Source: Squalus acanthias (taxonomy: Eukaryota). Taken from it: 64,000 nt of DNA. Below, one piece after another: positions 47,701 through 61,400 of the stretch. The stretch's first letter is position 1. Each line of letters opens with the position of its first letter. Below the pieces are notes generated by a model. That model saw only the letters and a list, made by a program, of their open reading frames with translations, had not been told where the DNA came from and did not search any database. The DNA is taken from NCBI GenBank assembly GCA_030390025.1, contig CM059449.1, positions 15,748,001-15,812,000 on the forward strand, given 5' to 3'. The translations under genes were made by a program, and so were the position numbers.

Positions 47701-48913
47701 AGCGGTGCATCACATTGAATAGCCGCTGATGTTTTGTCTCTGCGGATCTGTTCATGTTCCCGCTCCCTCTGCTGAGTTTTGTTTATTTAGTTTCTCGCCG
47801 CTATCACTTAGCTCTCTCTGCCCTTCTGCAACGGTTCCGCTCCTTCCATTTTTAAATTCTTTTTCTTCCCTTCTTTCTTTCCCTCTGGAGTCTATATATT
47901 TCCCCCTCTCCCTCATCAATCGCGCTGATTGGTGATGTGGGGATATCCAGGGTGATGCCTCCGGGTGGAGATTGTGTCTCCGAGCCCTGTCGGAGCCTCT
48001 TGTGTATTTCTAAAGACCCGTGGGTCAGTCTGCCGGTGCTGAAAGCCCTCGGACGCTGGGGGCCGCAGGGTTCCCTTGTAGCGAGTCAGGATCAAAGCAG
48101 GACGTCAAGGACTGAAGAAAAGGCAAAAATAAAACCCATTGTGCGTCCGGTCCCCGCTCAGATCTTACCGGGCTGGAAAGTCAGAGCGGTCCCAGGAGCG
48201 TAAACCCTCGGGTGGGAATAGATTCCAATAACAGGACCTGGAGTCCTTTAAAATGACCGTAATTCCCGGGAATCCCCAAGTGGACACTTTGAAAAGGAAA
48301 GTGTTTAATAAATCTTGGCAAGAATCTAAATCACTGACTGTCTCATTGCACCTTTCCCCCAGCTCCAGCCTCTCTGACTCTGGATCTGAACACAGCCCAT
48401 CCCCGGCTCATTGCGTCTGAGGACCGGACCAGTGTGAGACCCCGAGAAAGAGGGCAGCGGCTCCCTGACACCCCGGAGAGGTTTGATCTCTGGGCCAGAG
48501 TCCTAGGATCGGAGGGATTCATATCAGGGAGACACTACTGGGAGGTGGAGGTGAGGAACAAGACTTGGTGGGGTCTGGGAGTGGCCCGAGAGTCTGCCGT
48601 GAGGAAAGGAGGAATCAATCGGAGACCTGAGCTCGGATACTGGACTGTGGGGCTTAGACCCAGAAGTGGCCATGTTGCCATCACCTCCCCCTCTGAGACA
48701 CCCCTCACCCCGAGTGGGGATCCCCGGAAGATCGGGGTGTTCCTGGACTATGAGGGCGGACAGGTGTAATTTTACAATGTGGACAACATGTCCCATCTCC
48801 ACACCTTCACCCACACTTTCACTGAGAGAATCTTTCCCTTCTTCCATCCGGGACTCAATATAGACGGGAAAATCTCCGCACCACTGACAATCTGTGGGGT
48901 TAAAGGTCACTAA
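41795..48913 (+). pseudogene. TRIM (partial RING, B-box, coiled coil, PRY-SPRY/B30.2) pseudogene, TRIM39/A33/nuclear-factor-7-like; exons ~41795-42071, 42152-42248, 42337-42570, 42679-42701, 42799-42896, 48363-48913
   Basis: RING remnant SCPGCREEF, B-box HCEEHQEELKLFCETNKKLICYTCRDAREH, typical TRIM exon sizes (96+1, 234, 23 nt), PRY-SPRY LTLDLNTAHPRL...GRHYWEVEV...IGVFLDYEGG. Lesions: RING N-terminus missing, frameshift near 41884, +1 nt in exon 2, premature TAA at 48767. Confidence 0.88.
43390..47593 (+). mobile_element. Near full-length degenerate CR1 LINE (ORF1 esterase ~43643-44593, ORF2 APE-RT ~44750-47520) in the TRIM intron
   Basis: VGDSIVRG, HIGSND, DGLHLN, GDFNYP, SDHH, GVPQGS, FADDTK and the tatgactc tail. 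Confidence 0.93.
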
Positions 48914-49639
48914 CAGCTCCATCCCATAATCTCTCCCTGCCTCCTGCCAGCTGCAAACTGATGGGCATCGGTCTCGGTCACAGGTGGTGCGGGTGGTCCA
49001 AATGTCACCTGAGGTCAGGGCGGGCACAACCGAGTGACAATGTCTTGTTGGTGATATTTGTTTGTTTAATCGGTGCAGTGGAACAAACTCGTTGCAACTG
49101 CTCCAGAGACTCCTGGAAAATTAAATCAAAACCTCAAGAACATCGAGAATCATCGGGGCCCAGAGACAGGGTTGAATTAAAACACGGGCAGTGCTCCTTC
49201 AGTACTGCACTGAAGTGTCATCCTGGATTAGGTGCTCAAGTCTGGAGTGGAGGAGAGGCAAGAGTGCTGCCAATGAGTGAAGGCTGTCAGTGAGCCAAGG
49301 CACACGCCATGAATAGGGCTGAATTAGCTGAGGAAAAAGCTGAAAGAGACCCAGGAGAGTAAACACAATGCTAATTATGGCCAAAAAATGCAGAGTAGCA
49401 ATCAACAAGCTAACAGGATATTGAACTACCCGATGTCTGGAGGGGTAAACCAGAGCGGCTGTAGCAAAGGCTGGTTTTGGAGAGTCTGGGGAGCGCTCCT
49501 GCTCTGCCCGGCTCCACAGTAACAAAGGGCAACTTTCCTTTTGGACTCTTTTTGGCCAGCTGGTAATGCTCAGAGTGTGCACGGTGCACGCTGTGCCCAG
49601 TTCAGCCAACAAATGGTAATTGTGGTCATATGAACATCT

Positions 49640-50065
49640 AGACAAGCTGGGGTTGTTCTCCTTAGAGCAGCGAAGGTTATCACAGAGAAGGTTATCGGGA
49701 GATTTAATAGAGGTGTTCAATACCATGAAAGGTTTTGATAGTTTATCCTTATTTACTCTGTTTCCATTGACAGAAGGGTCAGCAACCAAAGGACACAGAT
49801 TTAAGGTAATTGTCAAAAGATCAAGAGGAAAGATGAGAAGATTTTTTTTTAAACTAAGCGAGTTGTTATGATCTGGAATGCACTGCCTGAAAGGGTGGTG
49901 GAAGCAGATTCAATCGTAACTTTCAAAAGGGAATTGGATAAATACTTGAAGGGGAAAATTGCAGGGCTATGGGAAAATAACAGGGGAGTGGGACTAATTG
50001 GAGAGCTCTTTCAGAAAACTGGCACAGGCATGATGAGTCAAATAGCCTCCTGTGCTCTATGATTC
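49640..50065 (+). mobile_element. CR1 LINE 3' fragment
   Basis: LGLFSLEQRRL...WNALP and ctatgattc tail. Confidence 0.85.
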
Positions 50066-52114
50066 TTTAAGATGCTGATTTGCATCTTAAATGGGCCTAC
50101 TACCTGACACGGAGCTGCACCGGAAACGCAACCATTGGCCTGGGGAAATATTGCCACGGCTACTGCATCGAGATGGCACGTCACTGCCCACCATTTTGGG
50201 GGCATTACCGCCTTGTTTGCGCCAGTGGGAGGCATGAAAATTCACCCCAAAGAATCATCAACATGTGGAGTGAAGTTCCAGATAGAGTAATGGAGACAAA
50301 AACCCTGGAACCAGTTAAGAAACAATTCAACGCTACAATGGGGGATGTCAAGATCTCGCTGGATGGATCAAGATGGGCAGAATGGCCTACCTCATCTGTA
50401 ATTACCTTGGAATCTTGTTTTGGTTCCTATGAATGATTCCAAGTATCAGTAGGACTAACTTCATGTCAATGTCCATAACTGCACAGAAATGTAACTTTCC
50501 AGATGTACTTTGTTTCTGTCATTCTCACAACGAGAATATTGAGGATTTGATACTTTTGAAATAATTGATTGATCTTGCTACCATCAGCTTGACAATCTAT
50601 TAAACATAGAAGGCTGCTTGGAAAATAAAACTTTAAGTCCCAAATTTTAAAAAATATATCTAAATTTCTCCACAAGGGCCACCCGTTTGCCTTATTGAAG
50701 CTGCCTGCACACCACCAGTGAAGTAACGTTAGGTGCACTGCAAATTCTTGTATGCTGTAATGGTTTAATGTCCTGCATATTGTAATATCCAATGCATCGC
50801 AGGGGCCTTGGCACTGAGGGGGAGAGTTCAGGCTGTTCAAATAACCCAGAAATTTCCTTTTTTAAATATCCGACCACTCCTTCTTTGGAAAGAACGTGCC
50901 TCAGATTATTTGATACAATACCGAAACAACCGTCCAGTGCCAGTCAGTTCTGCAATTTAACCAGAGGAAACCCATTAGGTTGGCTTGTGCTTCGAAATGT
51001 TCACTGTGATATTGCAGTGAATGGCAGCGAAGTTATTGATAAACTAGTAACCGGTGCTCGGACTTCCTGTTTAGAGTATTTGTCTGAGAAGAATGTTTTT
51101 ATTTTCATTTGCTTTATTTGAATTGTTTGATTAATGGAATAATAAAGGGGGCGAGACTGCTCTAAAATCACGTGGCCCCTGGTTGGATGCAAATTCATTA
51201 GGAGAAAAAAGAATCAATTAAGTAATTGGACTTCAATGGAAAAGAAAAGCAGGTGTGCGTAACAGGGGCTGCCAATTCACAATCGCCTGTTTTGCACTAC
51301 TGCCCAAAGACCAATTTCACCCTCGTTCAGTCTGGTTTCCCAGGAATTATATCAATTTGAGGTGAAATTTCCGGAGGTCCCTCTCACCAGCGGGGCCTCA
51401 CATGCAGCACACGGCTGGTCACAGCATTGTGGGAGCACTGCCCTCGATATTCCTCCCACTCACCTCACTTGATGACAAACCGTGGGCAACGAAAGTGCAA
51501 TTTTCCAAGCAGCTGCCCGCACCATGTGAGGCTATGCCAGTTACACACGGCCTCATATAGTTCCACTCTGGCTCTTCACATCACTGGTGCCATCTTCAAT
51601 GTCCAGTAAATATGTACCTGGCCAAATATAAAAATGCAGGGGACATCTACACAGAGGAAAAAACAAATATAACAAACAGTAACAAGTAATCTGGGATACA
51701 TTCTGAGGAAAGTTCCAACTGTGAAAAGCAGCCTCTTGGTAAGATAATTTCCTCACTTTATTTGCTTCACTAAAAAGGTTTTCAGGCTCTTTTGGATTAA
51801 GTTGTTATTGTTGGTGAACCAGAGGCCAATAAACATGAAAGTAGTAACCATTCGCACAACTGGAATAATAAATAAAATAAAACCAAATAGCTGGAAATCT
51901 GATAGACAAATGCTGGAAATACACAGGTCGGTCATCACCTGTGGAGAGAGAAGACAGGTTAACATTCCGGGTATACACCCTGCATTGGAACTGGGAACTG
52001 GAAGATTAGCGAGGGCCTCTGTCGGGCTGGGGGAAAAGAACGAGGGGGAGAGAAGGAACAAATGACAAGGGGAAGAAGAATCTAAATGGGGTCGGGGGCC
52101 AAAGGGATCTAGGG

Positions 52115-53165
52115 CTACAGATTCACAAATCAGTAAAGGTAGCGACGCAAGTTAACAAGGCCATAAAACGCAAACCAAGCGCTGGGGTTCATTTCTAGAG
52201 GAACAGAATTGAAAAGTAGAGAAGTTATGTTAAACTTGCATTGAACGTTGGTTAGACCACACTTGGAGTACTGTGAATCATTCAGGTCTCCATATTATAA
52301 AAAGGATACAGAGGCACTGGGGAAGGTGCAGAAAAGATGTGCAAGGATGATACCAGAATTGAGAGGTTCTTCTCCTTCTTCTTCTTCTTAGGCAGTCCCT
52401 CGGAACAGAGGATGACTTGCTTCCACATTAGAAATGAGTTCTCAGGTGACTGATGAGTCTAATGCGGGACCTACAGTCTCTGTCACAGGTGGGGTAGACG
52501 GTGGTTGAAGGGGCGGGTGGGTGGGGTGCTTGGGTTGACGTGCGCTCCTTCCGCTGCTTGCGCTTGGCTTCTGCTTGCTCCCGGCGAAGAGACTCGAGGT
52601 GTTCGGCGCCTTCCCGGATGCTTCTCCCCCAATTTGTGCGGTCTTGGGCCAGGGATTTCCCAGGTGGCAGTGGGGATGTTGGACTTTTTCACGGAGGCTT
52701 TGAGGGTATCCTTGAAGCATTTCCTCTGCCCACCTGGGGCTCTCTTGCAGTGTCGGAGCTCCGAGTAGAGCACTTGTTTTGGGTGTCTCGTATCGGGCAT
52801 GCGGACGATGTGACCCGTCCATCGGAGCTGATCGAGCGTGGTCAAAGCTTCGATGCTGGGGATGTTGGCCTGAGCGAGAACACTGACATTGGTGCGCCTA
52901 TCCTGCCAATGGATTTGCAGGATCTGGTTATACCTATCAGGAAAGACTGAACAAGCTGGGCTCTTTTCTCGAGAAGTTTGAGAGTTGACCTGATAGAGGT
53001 GTTTAAAATTATGAAGGGCTTTGATAGGGTGGATGTAGAGAAGGATGTGATGATAGGCTGAGATTAAGATGAAGGTGGGAGGAAGCTCGTGTGGAGCATA
53101 AACACCGGCATGGACCAGTTGGGCCGAATGGCCTGTGTCTGTGCTGTGAGTTCTGTGTAAATCCA
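52115..53165 (+). mobile_element. CR1 3' fragment split by an RTE insertion
   Basis: CR1 sequence stops at ...gagaggtt (52368) and resumes at ggttatacc (~52926). Confidence 0.8.
52369..52925 (-). mobile_element. RTE-clade LINE 3' fragment
   Basis: WQDRRTNVSVL...LRWTGHIVRMPDTR.PKQVLYSEL...GGQRK.FKDTLK, (AAG)n tail, apparent TSD GGTT. Confidence 0.85.
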
Positions 53166-53199
53166 TGTAATAAAATCGATGGTGAATTGTAGAGCGGGT

Positions 53200-53830
53200 C
53201 TGACTGGGTGGAATGAGCTGTGAGCTGCAGGAACCCGCTGTCCTTGCTGCCTGCAACGTTGCTCCACAGGCGGAAGGTGGCGCTCCATCGCCGTGTTTCC
53301 GGTGGATTCCCGCGGTCCGGGTCTTCACTTCCGTTTCATCCTCGCCTCATCCGGCGCTTTAACAAAACAACTTTTAGTTTCTTCCTCCCGGGTGTCGGGG
53401 ACCGCGGGCTTCACTCACTCTTAGACCGGGGGGTGTCCAACACACAGTTTTATCGCCATCTGATCCCACCGTGATATCAGCCCCCATTCCCCGCCTTTCG
53501 CCTTCACTCCAGCTGCTTCCCCACCGCGGCCATTGGCCTCACTTCCCCAAGGGGCCGCCAGCTTCACTCACCCTAAGACCAGAGGGTGTCCAACACACGG
53601 CCCGATCCGGCCCGCTGACTTCCCCTCAGAGGCGGACTGACTATCGGGAAATTTCCCCGAGTGTTCCCCGGACCCGCGACCGGTGAGTTTGGACTCTGGA
53701 ACTTTCTAAAGCCGCTCTGTCCCGGGGCTCTGAGGCGTTTACCGTATCCTCCCTCCGCGCATGCTCGCCCCTCCTCCAATCACAGCCTCCCATTTCTCCC
53801 GCTCTCTCTGGGCCGCTCGCGCTTTGACCG
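53200..53830. promoter_or_regulatory. CpG island, probable promoter and non-coding first exon(s) of an unidentified gene
   Basis: High CpG/GC content, Ets-type cacttccg and tttccgg, CCAAT at ~53776, plus-strand donor G|GTGAGT at 53683, minus-strand GTGAGT at ~53418. Confidence 0.6.
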
Positions 53831-54599
53831 TTGGGCACCCTCAAATAAGACTATTGGGCACAGCAGTAAAATATACATCTCTTGCTTGGCCTTATTAACC
53901 ATTGTGCATTGCGAATCATTCAAAGTGAAGACGTTTAAACCTACAGACTGCTGACACAAGACAGAAGTTAATAACGGGGTTATTGTCCGATTAGGCTGTG
54001 CTAATATTGGAGATTAGTCAGGATAATGGAACAGCAGGAACAAGCAGACGGGTGGGCAATTTCCCACATCCCATGGAAGGCATCCCATGTGAGGTGTTAA
54101 TATCAGATTGTCCAGAACAATGGAGGAGCAGAAGCTGGCATATAGACAGGCAGCGAGATCACATTAACCTTCTGAGACGGGCTCAATTCATCTCATGTTC
54201 CTTTAAAATGCCAGGCAGGAAACTACAGTTTAAGTTCATCAGTAGTCAAATAAACAGGATGGCCATTATCTACTGAAGAGAGGTGATATCTACAGTTTTG
54301 ACGGTTCAGGAGATGGATATTGTGACGAAAGGTCATCGACCTGAAACGTTAACTCTGTTTCTCTCTTCAAATATGCTGCCTGACCTGCTGGGTATCTCCA
54401 GCATTTTCTGTTTTTATTTGGGATAGATGTGTTGCTAGGGTGATTGGACTCTCCAGGAGGCAGGAAAGCAGTCTGTACAGCTTATTACGCCAGAGAATAG
54501 AATCAAGGAAAGGGAGGAAGGCACAACTTGATGGGGCGACTGGCAAACAAGACGCTGGATCCTACCCCGAACAGGAGTGGGTAATATCAATTCTTGTCC

Positions 54600-54800
54600 C
54601 AGAGGGCTGTGAATGCTGAGTCTTTGAGTATATTCAAGGCTGAGATAGATAATTTTGGATTCTAAGGGAATCAAGCGATATGGAGATCGGGCGGGAAAGT
54701 GGAGTTGAGGTCGATCATCAGCCATGATCTTATTGAATGGCGGAGCAGGCTCGAGGGGACGTATGGCCGACTCCTGCTCCTATTTCTTATGTTCTTATGT
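54600..54800 (+). mobile_element. CR1 3' fragment
   Basis: CR1 3' UTR and (ttatgttc)n tail. Confidence 0.8.
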
Positions 54801-54821
54801 TCTGTTCTGTTAACTCCCTAC

Positions 54822-55330
54822 CAGTGTTCCCTCTAAGGTGCACGCGTGGCCGCGCTCTGATCCCTGAGCTCCCTCACACTTCAATTGAAAGGCCGCGCAG
54901 AGAACTGGACAGCAGCTGGAGCGGAGGAGGGGCCCAATACACATTGGCTCGGAATCCAGACAGAGAGTCGGTTGCGAGTCTTGTGACCTCAGAGCCGATC
55001 CCAATTGGTCGATGGGTTCCTGTGTAACGCTGGGCGGGGTTTAGTTTTTCCTCCCTTAAATTTTGATCTTTCAGTTCATTCTCTGTGTTCAGCTGTTTTC
55101 GGTGCTGTCACTTGGTCAGGACAGCGGGCATATCCCCTGCAATGTGATTATTTGCACAAACACCTTTGCTGCCTTCTGCACATGCGCGCAGTATACTGGA
55201 GACGCGGATGCACAGTACCCAGCTGCAGCCTGCACCGTGGGCTACGCTTTCCTCGGCTCCGTGTGGAGAAGGTCAGGCGATCCGTTGGTGGCTGGTGCGG
55301 GGGGGGGGGGGGCGTCGGTGAAGATTGAGG
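54822..55330. mobile_element. Possible hAT-type non-autonomous element, left end
   Basis: Starts CAGTGTTCCCTCTAAG and is GC-rich. The matching right terminus was not found. Confidence 0.35.
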
Positions 55331-55339
55331 ATCAAAAGG

Positions 55340-58300
55340 GGGAGAGAGAAAATCGGAGGGGGGAGAGAGAGAGAGATTGGTGGAGAAGGAGAGAGAGAGA
55401 CTTGGGAGAGAGAGAGAGAGAGAGAGACTGGGAGAGAGCGAGAGAGAGAGAGACTGGGAGAGAGCGAGAGAGCGACTTTGGGCGAGAGAGAGACAGACTG
55501 GGAAGAGAGAGACTGGGAAGAGAGAGATTGGGGAGAGAGAAAGAGACTGTAGAGAGAGGGAGACTGGGGAGAGAGCGAGAGAGACTGGGGAGAGAGAGAC
55601 TGAGGGGAGAGTGAGAGAGACAGGGAAGAGAGAGATTGGAGAGAGAGAGAGACTGGGGAGAGAGGGAGACTGGGGAGACAGCGAGAGAGACTGGGGGAGG
55701 GAAAGACGGGAAGAGAGAGAGACTGGGGAGAGAAAGAGAGAGACTGGGGGAGAGATAGAGACTGGGAGAGAGCGAGAGAGCGACTGGGGGAGAGAGAGAG
55801 AGACTGGAGAGAGAGAGACTGGGGGTGAGAGTGAGAGAGAGACTGGGAGAGAGCGACTGGGGGAGAGAGAGAGAGACTGGGTAGAGAGAGAGACTGGGGG
55901 AGAGAGTGAGAGAGAGACTGGGAGAGAGCAAGAGAGAGAGAGACTGGGAGAGAGAGAGAGTCTTGGAGGAGAGAGAGAGACTTGGGGCAGAGAGAGAGAG
56001 ACATGGGGGAGAGAGAGAGAGAGACTAGGTGGGAGATGGAGAGAGAGAGTGGGAGAGAGCGAGAGAGCGACTGGGGGAGAGAGAGAAAGAGAGACTGGGG
56101 AGAGAGTGAGAGAGAGACTGGGGAGAGAGAGAGTCTTGGAGGAGAGTGAGATAGAGCGAGAGAGCGACTGGGGGAGAGAGAGAAAGAGAGACTGGGGAGA
56201 GAGTGAGAGAGAGACTGGAGAGAGAGAGACGGGGGTGAGAGTGAGAGAGAGAGACTGGGAGAGAGCGAGAGAGAGAGTCTTGGAGGAGAGAGAGAGACTT
56301 GGGGGAGAGAGAGAGAGACTGGGGAGAGAGTGAGAGAGAGACTGGGAGAGAGCGAGAGAGAGAGTCTTGGAGGAGAGAGAGAGAGACTTGGGGGAGAGAG
56401 AGAGAGACTGGGGAGAGAAAGAGAGAGACTGGGGGAGAGAGAGAGAGAGCGAGAGAGCGACTGGGGGAGAGAGAGAAAGAGAGACAGGGGAGAGAGTGAG
56501 AGAGAGACTGGGGGAGAGAGAGAGTCTTGGAGGAGACAGCGAGACTTGGGGGAGAGAGAGAGAGACTTGGGGGGAGAGAGAGAGAGAGAGACTGGGTGGG
56601 AGATGGAGAGTTCTAGGAGAGAAAGAGAGAGACTCCGGGAGAAGGACAGACTGGGGAGAGAGAGAGACTGGGGAAATAGTGAGAGAGACTGGGGAGAGAA
56701 AGACGGAGAGAGAGAGAGAGAGAGAGAGACGGAGAGAAAGAGAGAGAGAGACTGGGGAGAGAAAGAGAGAGACTGGGGGAGAGAGAGAGAGAGTGGGAGA
56801 GAGCGAGAGAGCGACTTTGGGCGAGAGAGAGACAGACTGGGAAGAGAGAGACTGGGAAGAGAGAGATTGGGGAGAGAGAAAGAGACTGGGGAGAGAGGGA
56901 GACTGGTGAGAGAGCGAGAGAGACTTGGGGGAGAGAGAGAGAGAGAGAGAGAGAGACTGGGAGAGAGAGAGAGACTGGGAGAGAGCGAGAGAGAGAGAGA
57001 CTGGGAGAGAGCGAGAGAGCGACTTTGGGAGAGAGAGAGACAGACTGGGAAGAGAGAGACTGGGAAGAGAGAGATTGGGGAGAGAGAAAGAGACTGGGGA
57101 GAGAGCGAGACTGGTGAGAGAGCGAGAGAGACTTGGGGGAGAGAGAGAGAGAGAGAGAGAGAGACTGGGAGAGAGAGAGAGACTGGGAGAGAGCGAGAGA
57201 GCGACTTTGGGCGAGAGAGAGACAGACTGGGAAGAGAGAGACTGGGAAGAGAGAGATTGGGGAGAGAGAAAGAGACTGGGGAGAGAGGGAGACTGGGGAG
57301 AGAGCGAGAGAGACTGGGGAGAGAGAGACTGAGGGGAGAGTGAGAGAGACTGGGAAGAGAGAGATTGGGGAGAGAGAGAGACTGGGGAGAGAGGGAGACT
57401 GGGGAGACAGCGAGAGAGACTGGGGGAGGGAAAGACGGGGAGAGAGAGAGACTGGGGAGAGAAAGAGGGAGACTGGGGGAGAGATAGAGACTGGGAGAGA
57501 GCGAGAGAGCGACTGGGGGAGAGCGAGAGAGACTGGAGAGAGAGAGACTGGGGGTGAGATTGAGAGAGAGACTGGGAGAGAGCGAGAGAGCGACTGGGGG
57601 AGAGAGAGAGACTGGTGAGAGAGAGACTGGGGGAGAGAGTGAGAGAGAGACTGGGAGAGAGCGAGAGAGAGAGACTGGGAGAGAGAGAGAGAGAGCCTTG
57701 GGGGAGAGAGAGAGAGACTTGGGGGAGAGAGAGAGAATTGGGGGAGGGAGAGAGGGAGACTGATGGAGAGAGTGGGTGATTGGGGAGAGAGAGAGACTGG
57801 GCAGAGAGAGAGACTGGGGAGAAAGCGAAAGAGATGGGAAGAGATAGATTGGGGAGAGACAGAAACTGGGGGAGAGAAAGACAGGGAGAAAGAGAGAGAG
57901 AGACGGGGAGAGAGAGAGAGACTGGGTGGGAGATGGAGAATTCTAGGAGAGAAAGAGAGAGACTCCGGGAGAGGGACAGACTGGGGAGAGAGAGAGACTG
58001 GGGAAAGAGTGAGAGAGACTGGGGAGAGAAAGACGGAGAGAGAGAGAGAGACGGGGATAGAGAGAGAGAGACTGGGGAGAGAAAGAGAGAGACTGGGGGA
58101 GAGAGAGAGAGAGAGTGGGAGAGAGCGAGAGAGCGACTGGGGGAGAGAGATAAATAGAGACTGGGAAGAGAGTGAGAGAGAGACTGGGGGAGAGAGAGAG
58201 TCTTGGAGGAGAGAGAGAGACTTGTGGGAGAGAGAGAGAGAGCTGGGGGAGAGAGAGAGAGAGACTGGGTGGGAGATGGAGAGTTCTAGGAGAGAAAGAG

Positions 58301-58375
58301 AGAGACTCCGGGAGAGGGACAGACTGGGGAGAGAGAGAGACTGGGGAAATAGTGAGAGAGACTGGGGAGAGAAAG

Positions 58376-58406
<31 letters not shown>

Positions 58407-61400
58407 CGGAGAGAGAGAGAGAGACTGGGGAGAGTAAGAGAGAGACTGGGGGAGAGAGAGAGGGAGAGACGGGGAGAGAGCGAGAGAGCGACTGGGGGAG
58501 AGAGAGAAAGAGAGACTGGGGAGAGAGTGAGAGAGAGACTGGGGAGAGAGAGAGCGAGCGGGGGAGAGAGAGAGTCTTGGAGGAGAGAGAGAGACTTGGG
58601 GAAGAGAGAGACACCTGGGGGAAGAGAGAGAGACTGATGGAGAGAGGGAGTGACTGGGGTGAGAGAGAGACTGGGGGAGAGAGAGCGACTGGGGGGAAAT
58701 CGAAAGAGATGGGAAGAGATAGATTGGGGTAGAGAGAGAAATTGGGAGAGAGAAAGACGGGGAGAAAGAGAGAGAGAAGGAGAGAGAGAGAGAGACTGGG
58801 GTGGGAGATGGAGAGATCCTAGGAGAGAAAGAGAGAGACTGCGGGAGAGGGAGAGACTGGGGAGAGAGAGAGACTGGGGAAAGAGTAAAAGAGACTGGGG
58901 AGAGAAAGACGGAGAGAGAGAGAGAGAGAGACGGGGAGAGAGAGAGAGACTAGGGAGAGAAAGAGAGAGACTTGGGGGAGAGAGAGAGAGCGACTGATTG
59001 AGAGAGTGAGTGACTGGGGAGAGAGAGAGACTGGGGAGAGAGAGAGACTGGGGAGAGAGAGAAAGAGATGGGAAGAGATAGATTGGTGGAGAGAGAGAGA
59101 CTGGGGGAGAGAGCGAGAGAGACTGGGGAGAGAAAGACGGGGGAGAGTGAGAGACTGGGGTGGGAGATGGAGAGAAACTAGGAGAGAGAGAGAGACTGCG
59201 GGAGAGAGAGACTGGGGAGAGAGAGAAACTGGGGAGAGAGCGAGAGAGACCGGAGGGAGAGAAAGGCGGGGAGAGAGAGAGAGACTGGGGAGAGGAAGAG
59301 AGAGACTGGGGAAGAGAGTGTGAGAGAGACTGGGAGAGAGCGAGAGAGAGACTGGGGTGAGAGAGAGAGAGAGAGACTGGGGAGAGAGAGACTGGGGTAG
59401 AGAGAGAGACTGGGGAGAGATAGAGAGAGGCTGGGAGAGAGCGAGAGAGAGACTGGGGGAGAGAGAGAGACTTGGAGCAGAGAGAGAGAGACTTGGGGGA
59501 GAGAGAGAGAGTTTTGGGGGAGAGAGAGAGAGACTTGGGGGAGAGAGAGAGCGACTGGGGGGAGAGAGAGACTGGGGAGAGAGAGACTGGGGAGAGAGAG
59601 AAAAAGATGGGAAGCGATAGATTGAGGGAGAAAGGGAGACTGGTGGAGAGTGCGACAGAGACTGGCGGAGAGAAAGATGGGGAGAGAGAGAGACTGGGGA
59701 GAGAGAAAGAGACTGGGGTAGGAGATGGAGAGATACTGGGAGAGAGAGAGACTGGGGGAGAGAGAGAGAGAGACTGGGGGTGAGAGAGAGAGAGAGACTT
59801 GGAGAGAGAGAGACTGGGGGTGAGAGAGAGAGAGACTGGGAGAGAGAGCGAGAGAGAGACTTGGAGAGAGTGAGAGAGAGAGACTTGGAGAGAGTGAGAG
59901 AGAGACTGGGGGAGAGAAAGGCGGGGAGAGAGAGAGAGACTGGGGAGAGGAAGAGGGAGACTGGGGAAGAGAGTGTGAGAGAGACTGGGAGAGAGCGAGA
60001 GAGAGACTGGGGTGAGAGAGAGAGAGAGACTGGGGAGAGAGAGACTGGGGTAGAGAGAGAGACTGGGGAGAGATAGAGAGAGGCTGGGAGAGAGCGAGAG
60101 AGAGACTGGGAGAGAGAGAGAGACTTGGAGCAGAGAGAGAGAGAGACTTGGGGGAGAGAGAGAGAGTTTTGGGGGAGAGAGAGAGAGACTTGGGGGAGAG
60201 AGAGAGCGACTGGGGGGAGAGAGAGACTGGGGAGAGAGAGACTGGGGAGAGAGAGAAAAAGATGGGAAGCGATAGATTGAGGGAGACAGGGAGACTGGTG
60301 GAGAGTGTGACAGAGACTGGCGGAGAGAAAGATGGGGAAAGAGAGAGACTGGGGAGAGAGAAAGAGACTGGGGTAGGAGATGGAGAGATACTGGGAGAGA
60401 GAGAGACTGGGGGAGAGAGAGAGAGAGACTGGGGGTGAGAGAGAGAGAGAGAGACTTGGAGAGAGAGAGACTGGGGGTGAGAGAGAGAGAGACTGGGAGA
60501 GAGAGCGAGAGAGAGACTTGGAGAGAGTGAGAGAGAGACTGGGGGAGAGAAAGGCGGGGAGAGAGAGAGAGACTGGGGAGAGGAAGAGAGAGACTGGGGA
60601 AGAGAGTGTGAGAGAGACTGGGAGAGAGCGAGAGAGAGACTGGGGTGAGAGAGAGAGAGAGACTGGGAGAGAGAGCCTTGGAGAGAGAGAGAGAGAGAGA
60701 CTGGGGGTGAGAGAGAGAGAGACTTGGAGAGAGAGAGACTGGGGGTGAGAGAGAGAGAGACTGGGAGAGAGAGCGAGAGAGAGACTTGGAGAGAGTGAGA
60801 GAGAGACTGGGGGAGAGAGAGACCGGGAGAGAGAGCGAGAGAGAGACTTGGAGAGAGAGAGAGAGAGAGACTGGGGGTGAGAGAGAGAGAGAGACTTGGA
60901 GAGAGAGAGAGACTGGGGGTGTGAGAGAGAGAGACTGGGAGAGAGAGCGAGAGAGAGACTTGGAGAGAGAGAGAGAGAGAGACTGGGGGTGAGAGAGAGA
61001 GAGACTGGGAGAGAGAGCGAGAGAGAGACTTGGAGAGAGAGAGAGAGAGACTGGGGGTGAAAGAGAGAGAGACTGGGAGAGAGAGCGAGAGAGAGACTTG
61101 GAGAGAGAGAGAGAGACTGGGGAGAGAGAGAGAGAGAGAGAGACTGGGGGTGAGAGAGAGAGAGACTGGGAGAGAGAGCGAGAGAGAGACTTGGAGAGAG
61201 AGAGAGAGACTGGGGGTGAGAGAGAGAGAGACTGGGAGAGAGAGCGAGAGAGAGACTTGGAGAGAGAGAGAGAGAGAGAGACTGGGGTGAGAGAGAGAGA
61301 GACTTGGAGAGAGAGAGAGAGAGACTGGGGTTGAGAGAGAGAGAGACTGGGAGAGAGAGAGAGAGAGAGAGAGAGACTGGGGGTGAGAGAGAGAGAGACT

